Below, piece after piece: positions 1-9,949 of a DNA stretch of 64,000 nucleotides. Position 1 is the stretch's first letter. Every line of letters begins with the position of its first letter. The notes under the pieces were generated by a model. That model ran no database searches and was not told the DNA's origin. It saw only the letters and a program-made list of their open reading frames with translations. The stretch spans positions 11,131-75,130 of the forward strand of contig CAVYAN010000101.1 of NCBI GenBank assembly GCA_963766075.1, read 5' to 3'. The stretch comes from an uncultured cyanobacterium. GTDB lineage: Bacteria > Cyanobacteriota > Cyanobacteriia > Leptolyngbyales > Leptolyngbyaceae. Position numbers and translations under genes: made by a program.

Positions 1-2
1 GC

Positions 3-890
3 GACCTCAAGCGGATTGTTTTGCCTTTAAGTCCAGACTATACGGGCTATGGTGGAGTAACGCTGGTACCGGAAGCGCTGGTGGCGTATCAGCCGACCCT
101 AGATATTGATGCCGTGGCCCATCGGTTTAAATATCGGCCTGATTTCAGTCAGTTGGAGATTAACGACACTACGGGGTGCGTGATTTTTTCGCGGCCCTGT
201 AATCCGACGGGCAATGTCCTGACGGACGCGGAGGTGCAAAAAATTGCGGATTTGGCAGCGATGCATGATGTGCCAGTGTTGGTGGATTCTGCCTATGCCC
301 CCCCGTTTCCAGCGTTGAACTTTACCGATATGCAGCCGCTGTTTGCGGATAATGTGCTGCACTGCATGAGTTTGTCGAAGGCGGGATTGCCGGGAGAACG
401 GATTGGGATTGCGATCGGCAATCCGCAGTGGATCCAGGTATTGGAAGCGTTCCAGACGAATATGTGCATTCACTCGTCTCGCTATGGGCAGGCGATCGCG
501 GCGCGGGCGATCGCCTCCGGGGCCTTAGCCCAAATTTCTGAGACGATCATTCGTCCTTTCTATCAGCAAAAATTCCAAATTCTGGAGGCTACCCTCGATC
601 AAGCCATGCCTCAGGATTTGCCCTGGTATTTGCACCGGGGCGAAGGGGCAATTTTCGCATGGCTTTGGTTGGATGAATTGCCAATCACGGATTGGGAGTT
701 ATATCAAGCGCTGAAAACAGTCGGTGTCATCGTGGTGCCGGGGAGTTCCTTTTTCCCTGGGCTACACCAAGAATGGTCGCACAAGCAGCAGTGTCTGCGG
801 ATTAGTTTGACAGGGAGTGATACGGATCTGGTCACTGCGATGCAGCGCCTCGCCCAGGTTGTGGCCCAGACCTATCGCCCCGGGGCATGA
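3..890 (+). CDS. avtA: Valine--pyruvate transaminase (class I/II PLP aminotransferase), 5'-partial
   Basis: Frame is open from the window edge. Motifs SRPCNPTGN, DSAY and SLSKAGLPGERIG (PLP lysine), plus EGAIFAWLW and VVPGSSFFPG typical of AvtA. Confidence 0.85.
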   Translation, partial: DLKRIVLPLSPDYTGYGGVTLVPEALVAYQPTLDIDAVAHRFKYRPDFSQLEINDTTGCVIFSRPCNPTGNVLTDAEVQKIADLAAMHDVPVLVDSAYAPPFPALNFTDMQPLFADNVLHCMSLSKAGLPGERIGIAIGNPQWIQVLEAFQTNMCIHSSRYGQAIAARAIASGALAQISETIIRPFYQQKFQILEATLDQAMPQDLPWYLHRGEGAIFAWLWLDELPITDWELYQALKTVGVIVVPGSSFFPGLHQEWSHKQQCLRISLTGSDTDLVTAMQRLAQVVAQTYRPGA

Positions 891-992
891 CGGCGCAGGG
901 GCACGATGACGGATCGTGTCTTTGGATAGCAACGAGGCCCTTCCGCTCGTCTGCCCCGGTGGGTTAGTCTGCGGTTTGCTTAACCTAAAGTT

Positions 993-1397
993 CTATGACT
1001 GTCGCCAGGTTTCGGTCTGTAGGCCAGGGACGCGAGTAAATTCCCGTGGGTTTGCCGTCACCATGAGCAGATTGGCTTGTAAGGCCGTTGCCGCAATTAA
1101 CGCATCGTAAGCGCCAATCGGTTGCCCCTGGGTTTTAAGGATGGCTCGAATTTGGGCTGCTTGCTCAGCTTCAGCGGGTCCGAAAAACAGGATGGTGACG
1201 GAGGTGAGGAAACTGGCGATCGCGGGCTCAATTTTTTGCGCGCGTTGAGGATTGCTTAACACGCCGTAACGTAACTCCATGACAGTAATGACTGAAACGG
1301 CAAGATCGCGGGGTGGTGTTTGCCTGAGTCGGGTTTGGGTGCCGGGTTCCCCTTTGATGAAATCGCTGATGACGCAGGTATCGAGGAGGTATCGCAT
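993..1397 (-). CDS. vapC: PIN-domain toxin, VapC family
   Basis: 134 aa with YLLDTCVIS, ITVMELRYG, PIGAYDALIAATA, LMVTANPREF. Confidence 0.9.
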   Translation of the reverse strand: MRYLLDTCVISDFIKGEPGTQTRLRQTPPRDLAVSVITVMELRYGVLSNPQRAQKIEPAIASFLTSVTILFFGPAEAEQAAQIRAILKTQGQPIGAYDALIAATALQANLLMVTANPREFTRVPGLQTETWRQS

Positions 1398-1639
1398 TAG
1401 AACAGCTCTAGCTCGCGTGGGGGAAGGAGTTCGTCCCGGTAGGACTCGAAGGCTGGAAAGTCAGGGATGCCTTCGTAGGTGAGGACTGTGTCGGACCACT
1501 GAGAAGCGGGTACAGGTGTAGGGGAGGTGAGCTGACGTAACGCCTGAATGATCAGGGTTTGGAGTGGCACATTGGATTGAGCCGCTTGACGAATCAGGTC
1601 TTGTTCGAGATCTTGAGGGAGGTCGATCGTGATTTGCAT
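1397..1639 (-). CDS. Putative antitoxin (ribbon-helix-helix-like), partner of VapC
   Basis: 80 aa beginning MQITIDLPQDLEQDL, acidic C-terminus. Its stop overlaps the toxin start by 1 nt (TAATG). GGAG lies upstream. Confidence 0.75.
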   Translation of the reverse strand: MQITIDLPQDLEQDLIRQAAQSNVPLQTLIIQALRQLTSPTPVPASQWSDTVLTYEGIPDFPAFESYRDELLPPRELELF

Positions 1640-1660
1640 GAGTTTTCTCCATTCGTTTAA

Positions 1661-4600
1661 TTACCGCAAAGCTGTATTCAGGACATATGCACGAACAACA
1701 TTGCCAGATGAAGAGAGCGTTGCAGCTTGGTCATCAAACTGTTTTCTCGCTTCATCCAGGGAAATTTGAGGTGTTTTATTATTCCGTGAATCTTTACCAT
1801 CCCATTGTTGACAGCTAAACCAACCAATTAAATACAATCCATATTTGTTAGAGGTATCTTTCAAATAACGTCCAACAAGTTGGCTTTCCATTGCAGTTTT
1901 AACCGCAGGATTCCAACAGCCTTTCACTTCAATAATTACAGTAACCGAGTCATATATTTCACCATTAGGTTGCTTTAGAACAGCATCCACATGAATATCT
2001 GTCCGTTCTCCGGGATTCCCGCCAGAACCACGCCTCAGTTCAACTTCGCGATTAACAATGATGGCTCTTGATTTCAAGTCTCTGTCAAGAAAGCGCTTCA
2101 CGTAATCTGAAAACGCATTTTCATCGATCGGTCTAAACGGGTTATTTCGACCAGTGTTCTTGTCCCATAAATCTCTACTAGCAGGAGTTTCTCCCTGTAG
2201 TTCTAACTCAAGACGTTGCAATGACTCAATCAACACGTTTAAAAGCTGATGACCATCTTGGACAAGCCGTTTATCTTGATCAAGGACAATCTGAAGGACC
2301 TCCTTCAGTTTAGGTGGTTTCCAAGTTTTACGTCGTGCTAAGCTTTCGGCTTCTAATAGCATCGGTTGTAGGTTTTCTCTTTGCTCTGGGAGTTCGCGGA
2401 TGATTTGTCGTAGTGCATCACAAGCTTCCTGAGTGCCTCGTGCTTGAATACGCTGTGGAATATAGTTTTTCCATATTCTGACAACATTCGATATTTCTAG
2501 TATTCGGGCTTCTATACCTCTGAGTTCCCGTGTATCAGGTTCGAGCTGCTCAACTTCTGGGTACTCTCGGGCAAGAAAAATGTATAAATTAGCTAGATCT
2601 TGTTCTTTGATTTCTTTCTCAATTTGACCTTCACGGGCAGCTTGAAGCGCAATAGATTCAAATACTGTCCTCCCAAATTCACGATCTTTCTGAATGGCAG
2701 ACCACAGAACTAACCAGCTAGAGTTTTCAGCGTAGGCCGCTATCAGACGAGCCGCGACAATTGCTTTGTTCCTCGCCTTCCCAGATTCAGGCACTGATGT
2801 AGCAATAAGAGACACAGAAATTTCTCTAGCTCTATCAATTTCATACTTAAAAATATCTGTCAGCAAAACCTCTAGCATATCAGCATTCAATTCTTCATCT
2901 GGAATCTTGCTGAGAATTGAGTTTGCTAGGCACTGATCCAATAACTCACTAGTTAATCTATAACAAGGTCGATATTTGTTTTGAATCATTAAAGTAATCA
3001 GAAATTCAATGAATTCATCTGGAGCACCTTGATATGCTGCCTTCATTACTTTTCGATAAAATTCATCTTTGTTTTCTCCATTTTTATATGGGAAGTTCAT
3101 GGACTTTAGAATGCCGGGTATCCATTTCTTCCATATGCCGCGAGAAAGGGTTGAGATAAACTCCGGTTCTTGCTTTGCTAGGAGATATAATGCTTGACAT
3201 CCTGCAAACGGAGACTTATCTGTTCTGAGCCATGGTTGAGTTTCTAGTGATCCACCATCGAGGTAGTTTTTTGCTGCTTTGACGATTCTCGCTTTCGTAT
3301 CTGCTTCCGCTTCTTCCCATCCAAATAATTTTGTTATATCTAATTCAAACCCATCGTGGTGACTGTGGCATATACTCGTTGATGTAAGCGTCATTTCCAT
3401 ACACACCTGCGGCCATAGTTCAGGTTGCCCTGCTTCAACTCTTTCTAGAATTGCGAGTAATTTTTGCTTTGGTGGTGGATCTAGGATAGGCGCAAGTACA
3501 GGAGGCTTAACTTGGTATCTCAAATATTTAGCTTTCTCTTGCTCCGCCTTCTCTGAACCTAGATCGATTGAGGTAATATCAAATTCAAACTCTAATCTCA
3601 TCGCTGAACTAACCTTGCTCGCCTCTAGGATCGCATCAACATGTTTTGTATATTTCCAGTCCATGTTATGAAAGGTCAGTGCTTGGTGTAAAAGTTTAAC
3701 CCAGATGCTAGCGATTCTATGAGGCTCCATTGATACAGCACATTCAATCATCCACAATATATCTTCAGAACAAATGATATATATGAGCCATGGAAGTTCA
3801 CTCTCTGATTCTGAAAGTAACGAAATAATTTTTTCTGTAAGTTGCCTCCGTTTTTCATCAGAGTCTTTTAGAAAAGATTCAATATCCGAATCACGAGGAT
3901 CATCAAGGCTATCGCGAGTATAGGATCGTGATGGGCAATCACTCAAGATCCCATCATGTTGTTTCAACCTAAGAATTGCAATATTAGCAAATGCTTCAAG
4001 CACATCAGGTTTATCTAGGTTCTGCCAAGCCTTCAGCATGACTGAATCGGCCAATTCTCTGAAGGGATAGTGTAAATCGTGTCTGTCAGGGAATTGTTCA
4101 AGCCATTTGAGTGCTATTGGCAAGTCAGATAACTGGATATGTTTTGCAAATTCTGTTGCTATAAAATTCTGATATACGCCACCAAAGACAGGTACCACTT
4201 CCCTTTGCTGAGGTTGCGAAAAATGACTTAGCACATCTTCAACGGTGATATGTTGTGGCCAAGTAGCCTCAAGTCCGTAGCCTTTGAGATCGTCATTTGG
4301 ATCTTCTCCAGCTTCACCAAGTGCAAGGGGTTTTAGCTGCACTTTTGTTTTTTCATCACCTATAGTACAAATTGTAAGAGCTGCCTGTGTCCGAACTAGA
4401 TATGGCTGTGCTGGATCAAGTGCAATATCAGAAAGGCTCTTTTGCACTGCTTTTACGTCACAATCTCTAGCAATATCAATCGCAACTAATCTTGAACACT
4501 GATTTTTGGAGGAATCACAGATATAAGATTCTAGTTGCTGTGGAAGACCTGGATGATTCAGATCAGGATACCGCCAAAACTGAGGATTTTGGAGCTTCTC

Positions 4601-5947
4601 TTCATTGCATAACCTGAGTAATGCTTCGACTAGTTTTGCTTTGTTTTCATCGTCAACTGTTGATATGTCACTTTGAAGCAACACGTCTGGATCGGTCTTC
4701 ATGACTGCCTGAAATACATCAGGTCTCATGCTGGCTAGCCAAGCTACAGTCTCCTGCAATTGAGGGACGATTCTGCCATCAGGGTGAATAATTACACTTA
4801 GGACTTGATTCAACTTAAGGCTGTGTTGCTTCAGATACCAAGCAGCCAAAAACTCAGAGTAGGTTTGATGTGCCCATCCCCTTCGACTCGGTCCACGCGA
4901 AGAGAATAACCCAGTATATAAAACCTCTGTGATGGCTGCTTCACTCGCTTCAAACTGCCTTGCATTTGCCCTCTCGTATCCCTGTACCAATTCTGAACGT
5001 GGGACATCTTCTTCTGGGATCTGTCCCCGATCTCGTCCTATCCAAATGGCATCACGGTGAGCAAAAACTGTCACTGCCGCGATCCGAGCTGCAACGATGA
5101 GGCGCTGCTCTAACTCTAAATTTTCCTTGTGCCCTGGACGACGAGGATCTTCTTCATCTTCATCGCACAGGATACGACAGCCTTCAAGATATATATCGCA
5201 CAAGCTCTGATTTTCAGAGAATTGACCACTTCGGCGATATATGTTGAGAAGGAAACCCAGCGTAACTGGTTTTATGGCAAGAGGAACAAGATTCTTGTCC
5301 AAAATTTCTTGCATAAAGGTATCAAGTTTCTCTATCCCTCCACGCTCTGCCGCGTGTCTAACATCGACCCAGCGAAGTTGTACTAATTCGTATATTTTGA
5401 CTTTATCCTTTCCCCAAATCTGCCTAAGTTGTTCTTCAAAAGTAGTTTGCCAGACAGCCGTCCGACAAACAATACGGAGGAATAAGCGATCGATTTTATC
5501 CTGATATTTTTTAAACCCCGTTGCTAATACTGCGGTAACATTGTCCATCCGAAGTAAACATTCATCTAGACTATCTAGAAAAATATGCAAAGGACAATCG
5601 CTCTCAAGCCAAGACTTGACCTGTGAGCTTTCAAATAGATCCTTAACCAGCCTGTCTTCACTGCCATACGAGTGAAGATCTAAGATCAAATAATCTTTAC
5701 CTTCAGTTTCAAGTAGATTAGAGAAGTTTCTTTGTTCCGTTTCTATTGCTTTGCTCTTGCCAGTCCCTGGCTCTCCCAGCAAAACAAGACACGGAACATC
5801 CGAGATCGCCTCAAAACTCACCAACTCAGGGTTACAGTGCTTTCCCCTCTCTGAATCTGGATCAACCAAATAGCCGCGATTGCTCAGATTAATCTGGGCA
5901 GTACGAGGACACCAAAATCGTTTCCATTCGTAATCTGGTTTTGACAT
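1661..5947 (-). CDS. Large NACHT/STAND NTPase with helical repeats and a C-terminal PD-(D/E)xK-like nuclease domain
   Basis: ATG at 5947, 1428 aa. Walker A GEPGTGKS, Walker B IFLDSLDE, IVCR, AHQTYSEFLAAWYL. C-terminus NREVE...RTDIHVD...IIEVKGCWN...QLVGRYL. Confidence 0.8.
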   Translation of the reverse strand: MSKPDYEWKRFWCPRTAQINLSNRGYLVDPDSERGKHCNPELVSFEAISDVPCLVLLGEPGTGKSKAIETEQRNFSNLLETEGKDYLILDLHSYGSEDRLVKDLFESSQVKSWLESDCPLHIFLDSLDECLLRMDNVTAVLATGFKKYQDKIDRLFLRIVCRTAVWQTTFEEQLRQIWGKDKVKIYELVQLRWVDVRHAAERGGIEKLDTFMQEILDKNLVPLAIKPVTLGFLLNIYRRSGQFSENQSLCDIYLEGCRILCDEDEEDPRRPGHKENLELEQRLIVAARIAAVTVFAHRDAIWIGRDRGQIPEEDVPRSELVQGYERANARQFEASEAAITEVLYTGLFSSRGPSRRGWAHQTYSEFLAAWYLKQHSLKLNQVLSVIIHPDGRIVPQLQETVAWLASMRPDVFQAVMKTDPDVLLQSDISTVDDENKAKLVEALLRLCNEEKLQNPQFWRYPDLNHPGLPQQLESYICDSSKNQCSRLVAIDIARDCDVKAVQKSLSDIALDPAQPYLVRTQAALTICTIGDEKTKVQLKPLALGEAGEDPNDDLKGYGLEATWPQHITVEDVLSHFSQPQQREVVPVFGGVYQNFIATEFAKHIQLSDLPIALKWLEQFPDRHDLHYPFRELADSVMLKAWQNLDKPDVLEAFANIAILRLKQHDGILSDCPSRSYTRDSLDDPRDSDIESFLKDSDEKRRQLTEKIISLLSESESELPWLIYIICSEDILWMIECAVSMEPHRIASIWVKLLHQALTFHNMDWKYTKHVDAILEASKVSSAMRLEFEFDITSIDLGSEKAEQEKAKYLRYQVKPPVLAPILDPPPKQKLLAILERVEAGQPELWPQVCMEMTLTSTSICHSHHDGFELDITKLFGWEEAEADTKARIVKAAKNYLDGGSLETQPWLRTDKSPFAGCQALYLLAKQEPEFISTLSRGIWKKWIPGILKSMNFPYKNGENKDEFYRKVMKAAYQGAPDEFIEFLITLMIQNKYRPCYRLTSELLDQCLANSILSKIPDEELNADMLEVLLTDIFKYEIDRAREISVSLIATSVPESGKARNKAIVAARLIAAYAENSSWLVLWSAIQKDREFGRTVFESIALQAAREGQIEKEIKEQDLANLYIFLAREYPEVEQLEPDTRELRGIEARILEISNVVRIWKNYIPQRIQARGTQEACDALRQIIRELPEQRENLQPMLLEAESLARRKTWKPPKLKEVLQIVLDQDKRLVQDGHQLLNVLIESLQRLELELQGETPASRDLWDKNTGRNNPFRPIDENAFSDYVKRFLDRDLKSRAIIVNREVELRRGSGGNPGERTDIHVDAVLKQPNGEIYDSVTVIIEVKGCWNPAVKTAMESQLVGRYLKDTSNKYGLYLIGWFSCQQWDGKDSRNNKTPQISLDEARKQFDDQAATLSSSGNVVRAYVLNTALR

Positions 5948-6332
5948 GCCGGGTAGGGTTGAGGGCAAGACTCTTGTTCAAGGATAACTTCAATTTGGAA
6001 GTCGTGGTGGCAAGGGCCACAATATTCTCTACTCCTAGTCAGATGTGGTAGACTGCCACCAAACCGGGCTACGAATCACTTCACCGCATTTCACTGAACT
6101 CGGAATCCCGAGAGAGCATCGTCCATTTTCTGCCCCACCAATCACTAGTGCAGATCACATCGGGCTTCACTGCCCAGGCAAAGTTTTCCACGGCGGAGAT
6201 CCATCTCCTGAAGATTTGTGTATCCATTAACAACAGACTGCCAAGCCCCTGCTACAACCATCAACACTGGCGCATTCCAATTATGCCAGCAACCCATTAT
6301 GCTGACATCGTTATCTGCCCCTAGACCCCACC

Positions 6333-7985
6333 ATGAACGCTAGCGATCGCGCCCTCGCCCGTCTCACAGCCCAGAAAGCGGCCTGGACCCACGTTGATAT
6401 CCCCAAAAGATTGGACTACCTCCAACGGTGCCTACACACAGTGAGCCGTGTGGCCGATGCCTGGGCCACCGCCGCCTGTGTAGCCAAGGGCATCGACCCC
6501 ACCTCTGCCTTTGCCGGGGAAGAATGGCTAGCGGGTCCGGTGGCCACATTGCTGAATCTGCGGTTTCTGATTAAATCCTTAGAGGCTGGTGGTCAGCCAT
6601 CGCCCGTGAAACTCCACACCCGTGCCGATGACCAAATCATTGCCAAAGTGTTTCCAGATACGATGATGGATCAATTGATTTGGTTGGGCTTCCAGGGTGA
6701 AATCTGGTTAGAACCGGGTCAGCCTGCCACCCAAGGTCGAATTTATCAGTCTACAGATCAGGCTCTGGCAACGACTGGGCAGGTGGCGCTTGTCCTGGGA
6801 GCGGGCAATATTTCAGCGATCGCCCCCATGGACACCCTCTACAAACTATTTGCCGAAAATCAGGTTGTCCTGCTGAAAATGAATCCCGTCAGCGCCTACA
6901 TCGGCCCCTTTTTAGAGCAAGCCTTGCAGCCTTTAATTGCCGATGGGTTTTGCCAAATTGTTTACGGTGGAGCGGATGTGGGTCAATACCTGTGTCATCA
7001 TCCGGAAGTCAACACAATTCACATTACCGGATCCCACCACACTCACGATGCTATTCTCTGGGGAGACACGCCGGAAACACAGCAGCATAACAAACTCCAG
7101 CATCGTCCTAAACTAGATAAACCCATTACATCAGAACTCGGTTGTGTCACGCCGATTGTCATCGTCCCCGGCAACTGGTCACGATCTGATATGGTATTTC
7201 AAGCCCGCCATGTTGCGAGCATGGTAGCTCACAATGCTAGCTTTAATTGTGCCTCGGCCAAGGTCATCGTGACGGCTCAGGGCTGGAAACAACGCGAAGA
7301 GTTTCTAGAACACGTGCATCAACAACTGGCTAAGACTGCGCCCCGGCAACCCTACTACCCCGGAGCCGAGCAACGGTATGCCGCGTTTCTAAACCAGTAT
7401 CCCCAGGCCCAAGTAGTAGGCACTGGTAAGCAGGTTCCGTGGACGGTAATTCCGGATGTCCCCGCAAAAACAGGGGAATATGCTCTGACTACTGAGGCAT
7501 TCTGTGGCATCTTGGCCGAGGTCAGTTTAACCGCCACCACGGCACAGGAATTTTTGACGGCAGCGGTCCCGTTTGTGAATGACCAGGTGTGGGGAAATTT
7601 ATCCTGTGTTCTGCTGATTGATCCGGCGACGCGGCGGCAAAATGCTGTAGCCGTAGATGCGGCGATCGCCCAACTCCGCTACGGCTCTATTGGCATCAAC
7701 GTCTGGACGGGGATGGGATTTCTGCTGGCCTCTGCCACCTGGGGGGCTTTCCCGGGCAATTCTTTAGAGGACATCCGGTCTGGGCGCGGGGTGGTGCACA
7801 ACACCTACCTGTTTGATCATCCCCAAAAATCCGTCATCTCAGCTCCGTTTCGGATTAGGCCCACGCCCACTTGGTTCGCCGATCACAAAAACCTGTTGCA
7901 GGTCGCTCAGCGCTACGCCGCGCTCCAGGTCAAGCCGTCCTGGCGACAGTTCTTCAGCGTTGTGGTTGCGGCTCTGCAAGGCTAG
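6333..7985 (+). CDS. Aldehyde dehydrogenase family protein
   Basis: GAGNIS, LLKMNP, HITGS, SELGCVTP (catalytic Glu), NASFNC (catalytic Cys), EAFCG. Confidence 0.85.
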   Translation: MNASDRALARLTAQKAAWTHVDIPKRLDYLQRCLHTVSRVADAWATAACVAKGIDPTSAFAGEEWLAGPVATLLNLRFLIKSLEAGGQPSPVKLHTRADDQIIAKVFPDTMMDQLIWLGFQGEIWLEPGQPATQGRIYQSTDQALATTGQVALVLGAGNISAIAPMDTLYKLFAENQVVLLKMNPVSAYIGPFLEQALQPLIADGFCQIVYGGADVGQYLCHHPEVNTIHITGSHHTHDAILWGDTPETQQHNKLQHRPKLDKPITSELGCVTPIVIVPGNWSRSDMVFQARHVASMVAHNASFNCASAKVIVTAQGWKQREEFLEHVHQQLAKTAPRQPYYPGAEQRYAAFLNQYPQAQVVGTGKQVPWTVIPDVPAKTGEYALTTEAFCGILAEVSLTATTAQEFLTAAVPFVNDQVWGNLSCVLLIDPATRRQNAVAVDAAIAQLRYGSIGINVWTGMGFLLASATWGAFPGNSLEDIRSGRGVVHNTYLFDHPQKSVISAPFRIRPTPTWFADHKNLLQVAQRYAALQVKPSWRQFFSVVVAALQG

Positions 7986-8071
7986 TTCATCACAAGCCAA
8001 TGCCAAATTTACACCTCTAAGCTTACGCTCCCAATTTACACCCGGCATCCTGTCTACAATCTTAAGGGCGC

Positions 8072-8117
8072 TGGCTCCAGCGCATTGGCTCCAGCGCATT
8101 GGCTTCAGAGCATTGGC
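8072..8117. repeat. 14-bp tandem repeat x3 (TGGCTCCAGCGCAT)
   Basis: Copies at 8072, 8086 and 8100; the third has 2 mismatches. Confidence 0.9.
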
Positions 8118-8147
8118 CTGATCTAAAAATCACCCCCCGCAAACCCT

Positions 8148-9442
8148 ATGAATTGGCGATCGCATCTACGACACACGTGGCACTCCTTGAGAGGCAAACG
8201 CAAAATAGCTGGCTTCCTAGCCTTTTTGCTGGCTGGTTTTGTTCCCCCTTTTCTGAGTCTTCTGGGCCTGTTCCTCTCACTGTGGATTGTGGTGCCTGCT
8301 CCAACCATGACGCTGTTGCCCCTGGGTGTAGGTGCTCCAGAAGTGAGTCCATGGTTGCTGAGCCTCAACGCCGCCGCTCTGCTGCTCAATCTCCGGAGCC
8401 TTGCGCCGGGGGCGTTGGATAGTGTTATCAGGGTGGGGTCTATAAAGTGGCAATCGGCCTTAGTCTGTGTGCCCTGCTGCTTAGCGGCCTGCCCCTGGCC
8501 CAGTTCGCCGCTGCGCACCGTCAAGCCGACCAAACGCTGCGCACTAGCCTCGGAGCCGACTATCTCGCCAACAGTTCTCCAGTCCTGAGAGCCAAACTGC
8601 GTCCTGCGCCCTTTGTCCTCTGGGATACGTTTCGTGGCATTCCCCTGGACCCCATTCGCCAAACCAGGGGAATTCCCTTTGCCCAGCCAGATGGGGTACC
8701 GCTCACACTCAATCTGTATCAGCCCTTGGCACCGGGCACCTATCCTGCCCTGATTGTGATTTACGGTGGCGGTTGGCAAAATGGCACCCCCGCCAATGAT
8801 GAGTTTTTTAGCCGCTATATCGCGGCTCAGGGCTATGTTGTCATCGCCATTGATTACCGCCATGCGCCCCGCTATCAATTTCCGGCTCAGTTAGAGGATG
8901 TGAACTCGGCCATGCAGTTCATCCAAACTCATGCCACTGATTACGAAATTGATCCGGAACGGTTGGTGATTATGGGGCGATCGGCGGGTGCCCACCTGGC
9001 GATGCTGGTCGCTTACCAACCCAATGCCCCCAAATTTCGGGCCGTGATCAACTACTACGGCCCCATTGATCTGACCAAGGGCTACTACGACATTCCGCGC
9101 CCTGATCCGATTCATTCCCAGGCTTTGCTGCAAGCGTTTCTGGGCGGTACACCCCAGGATTTTCCCGATCGCTACCGCCAAGCCTCTCCCTATACTTACG
9201 CGACGCAGCCCCAGCCGCCTACCCTGCTGGTCTATGCCAAACGCGACCATTTGGTTCAAGCTAAGTTTGGCCGCGCCATGGGCGATCGCCTTACCCAATC
9301 TGGCAACGTGGCCCCCTATCTAGAAATCCCCTGGGCCGAGCATGCCTTCGATGCCCTGTTCAGCGGTGTGAGTAACCAGCTCGCCCTCTACCATACCGAA
9401 CGCTTCCTGGCCTGGGCCACCCAACCGCCCCCATCGCCCTAG
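8148..9442 (+). CDS. Membrane-anchored alpha/beta hydrolase (esterase/lipase), split by one frameshift near 8435
   Basis: Hydrophobic N-part (ORF 8148) plus catalytic part (ORF 8447: YGGGW, GRSAG, DHLV, HAFD). Adding one G to GGGG at 8435-8438 joins them in frame. Confidence 0.8.
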
Positions 9443-9569
9443 GCCAGCAGAGCGCCGGAGCAATTGGGGGCATGGCAATTCTGAGACGGGAAATGGGAAT
9501 GCTGACCCTAAGACTGGCGATCGCCATCAGCTGGTTCACCCGCATTTACACAGAAAGGATCCCGTAGAA

Positions 9570-9851
9570 ATGTCTATTGAGAGTGCTACTCGATTTTTGG
9601 ATGCCGTCACTGACGATGAAGTCCTGCGTCACCAGTTCGACTATGCCCAAACGCCCGAGGACTTTTTGAGCCTTGCCCAAGAAATGGGCTTCAGCTTTAC
9701 CACGCGAGAGTTGGCCCAAGTGGTGCTGGACAGCAGCACTGGCGTAGAAATCCGCCGCACCACGGGTGTCTGGAAATGGCTGCGACAAATGAAATGGGTC
9801 ACCCGAGAGCACTTTGCCGGGATGGAACCGCCGGTTCAGGCAGAGAATTAG
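9570..9851 (+). CDS. Nif11-like leader peptide family protein
   Basis: MSIESATRFLDAVTDDEVLR...EDFLSLAQEMGFSFTTREL matches the Nif11 leader pattern. AAGGA lies upstream. Confidence 0.8.
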   Translation: MSIESATRFLDAVTDDEVLRHQFDYAQTPEDFLSLAQEMGFSFTTRELAQVVLDSSTGVEIRRTTGVWKWLRQMKWVTREHFAGMEPPVQAEN

Positions 9852-9949
9852 GAGCAAAACTTGGTCAACTCAAATCCCGGCGCGATGGCTACAATTTAAG
9901 CGACCTCTGGCAACGGTCGGAATCTGCTTAAATTGGAAGGAAAAAGCCC

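Noticed and set aside
5948..6332. Possible small gene or attachment site upstream of the NACHT gene
   Set aside because: Only short ORFs without recognisable features, and no repeat matching the other flank was found.
8123..8878. 251-aa minus-strand ORF
   Set aside because: Antisense to the hydrolase; no family features.
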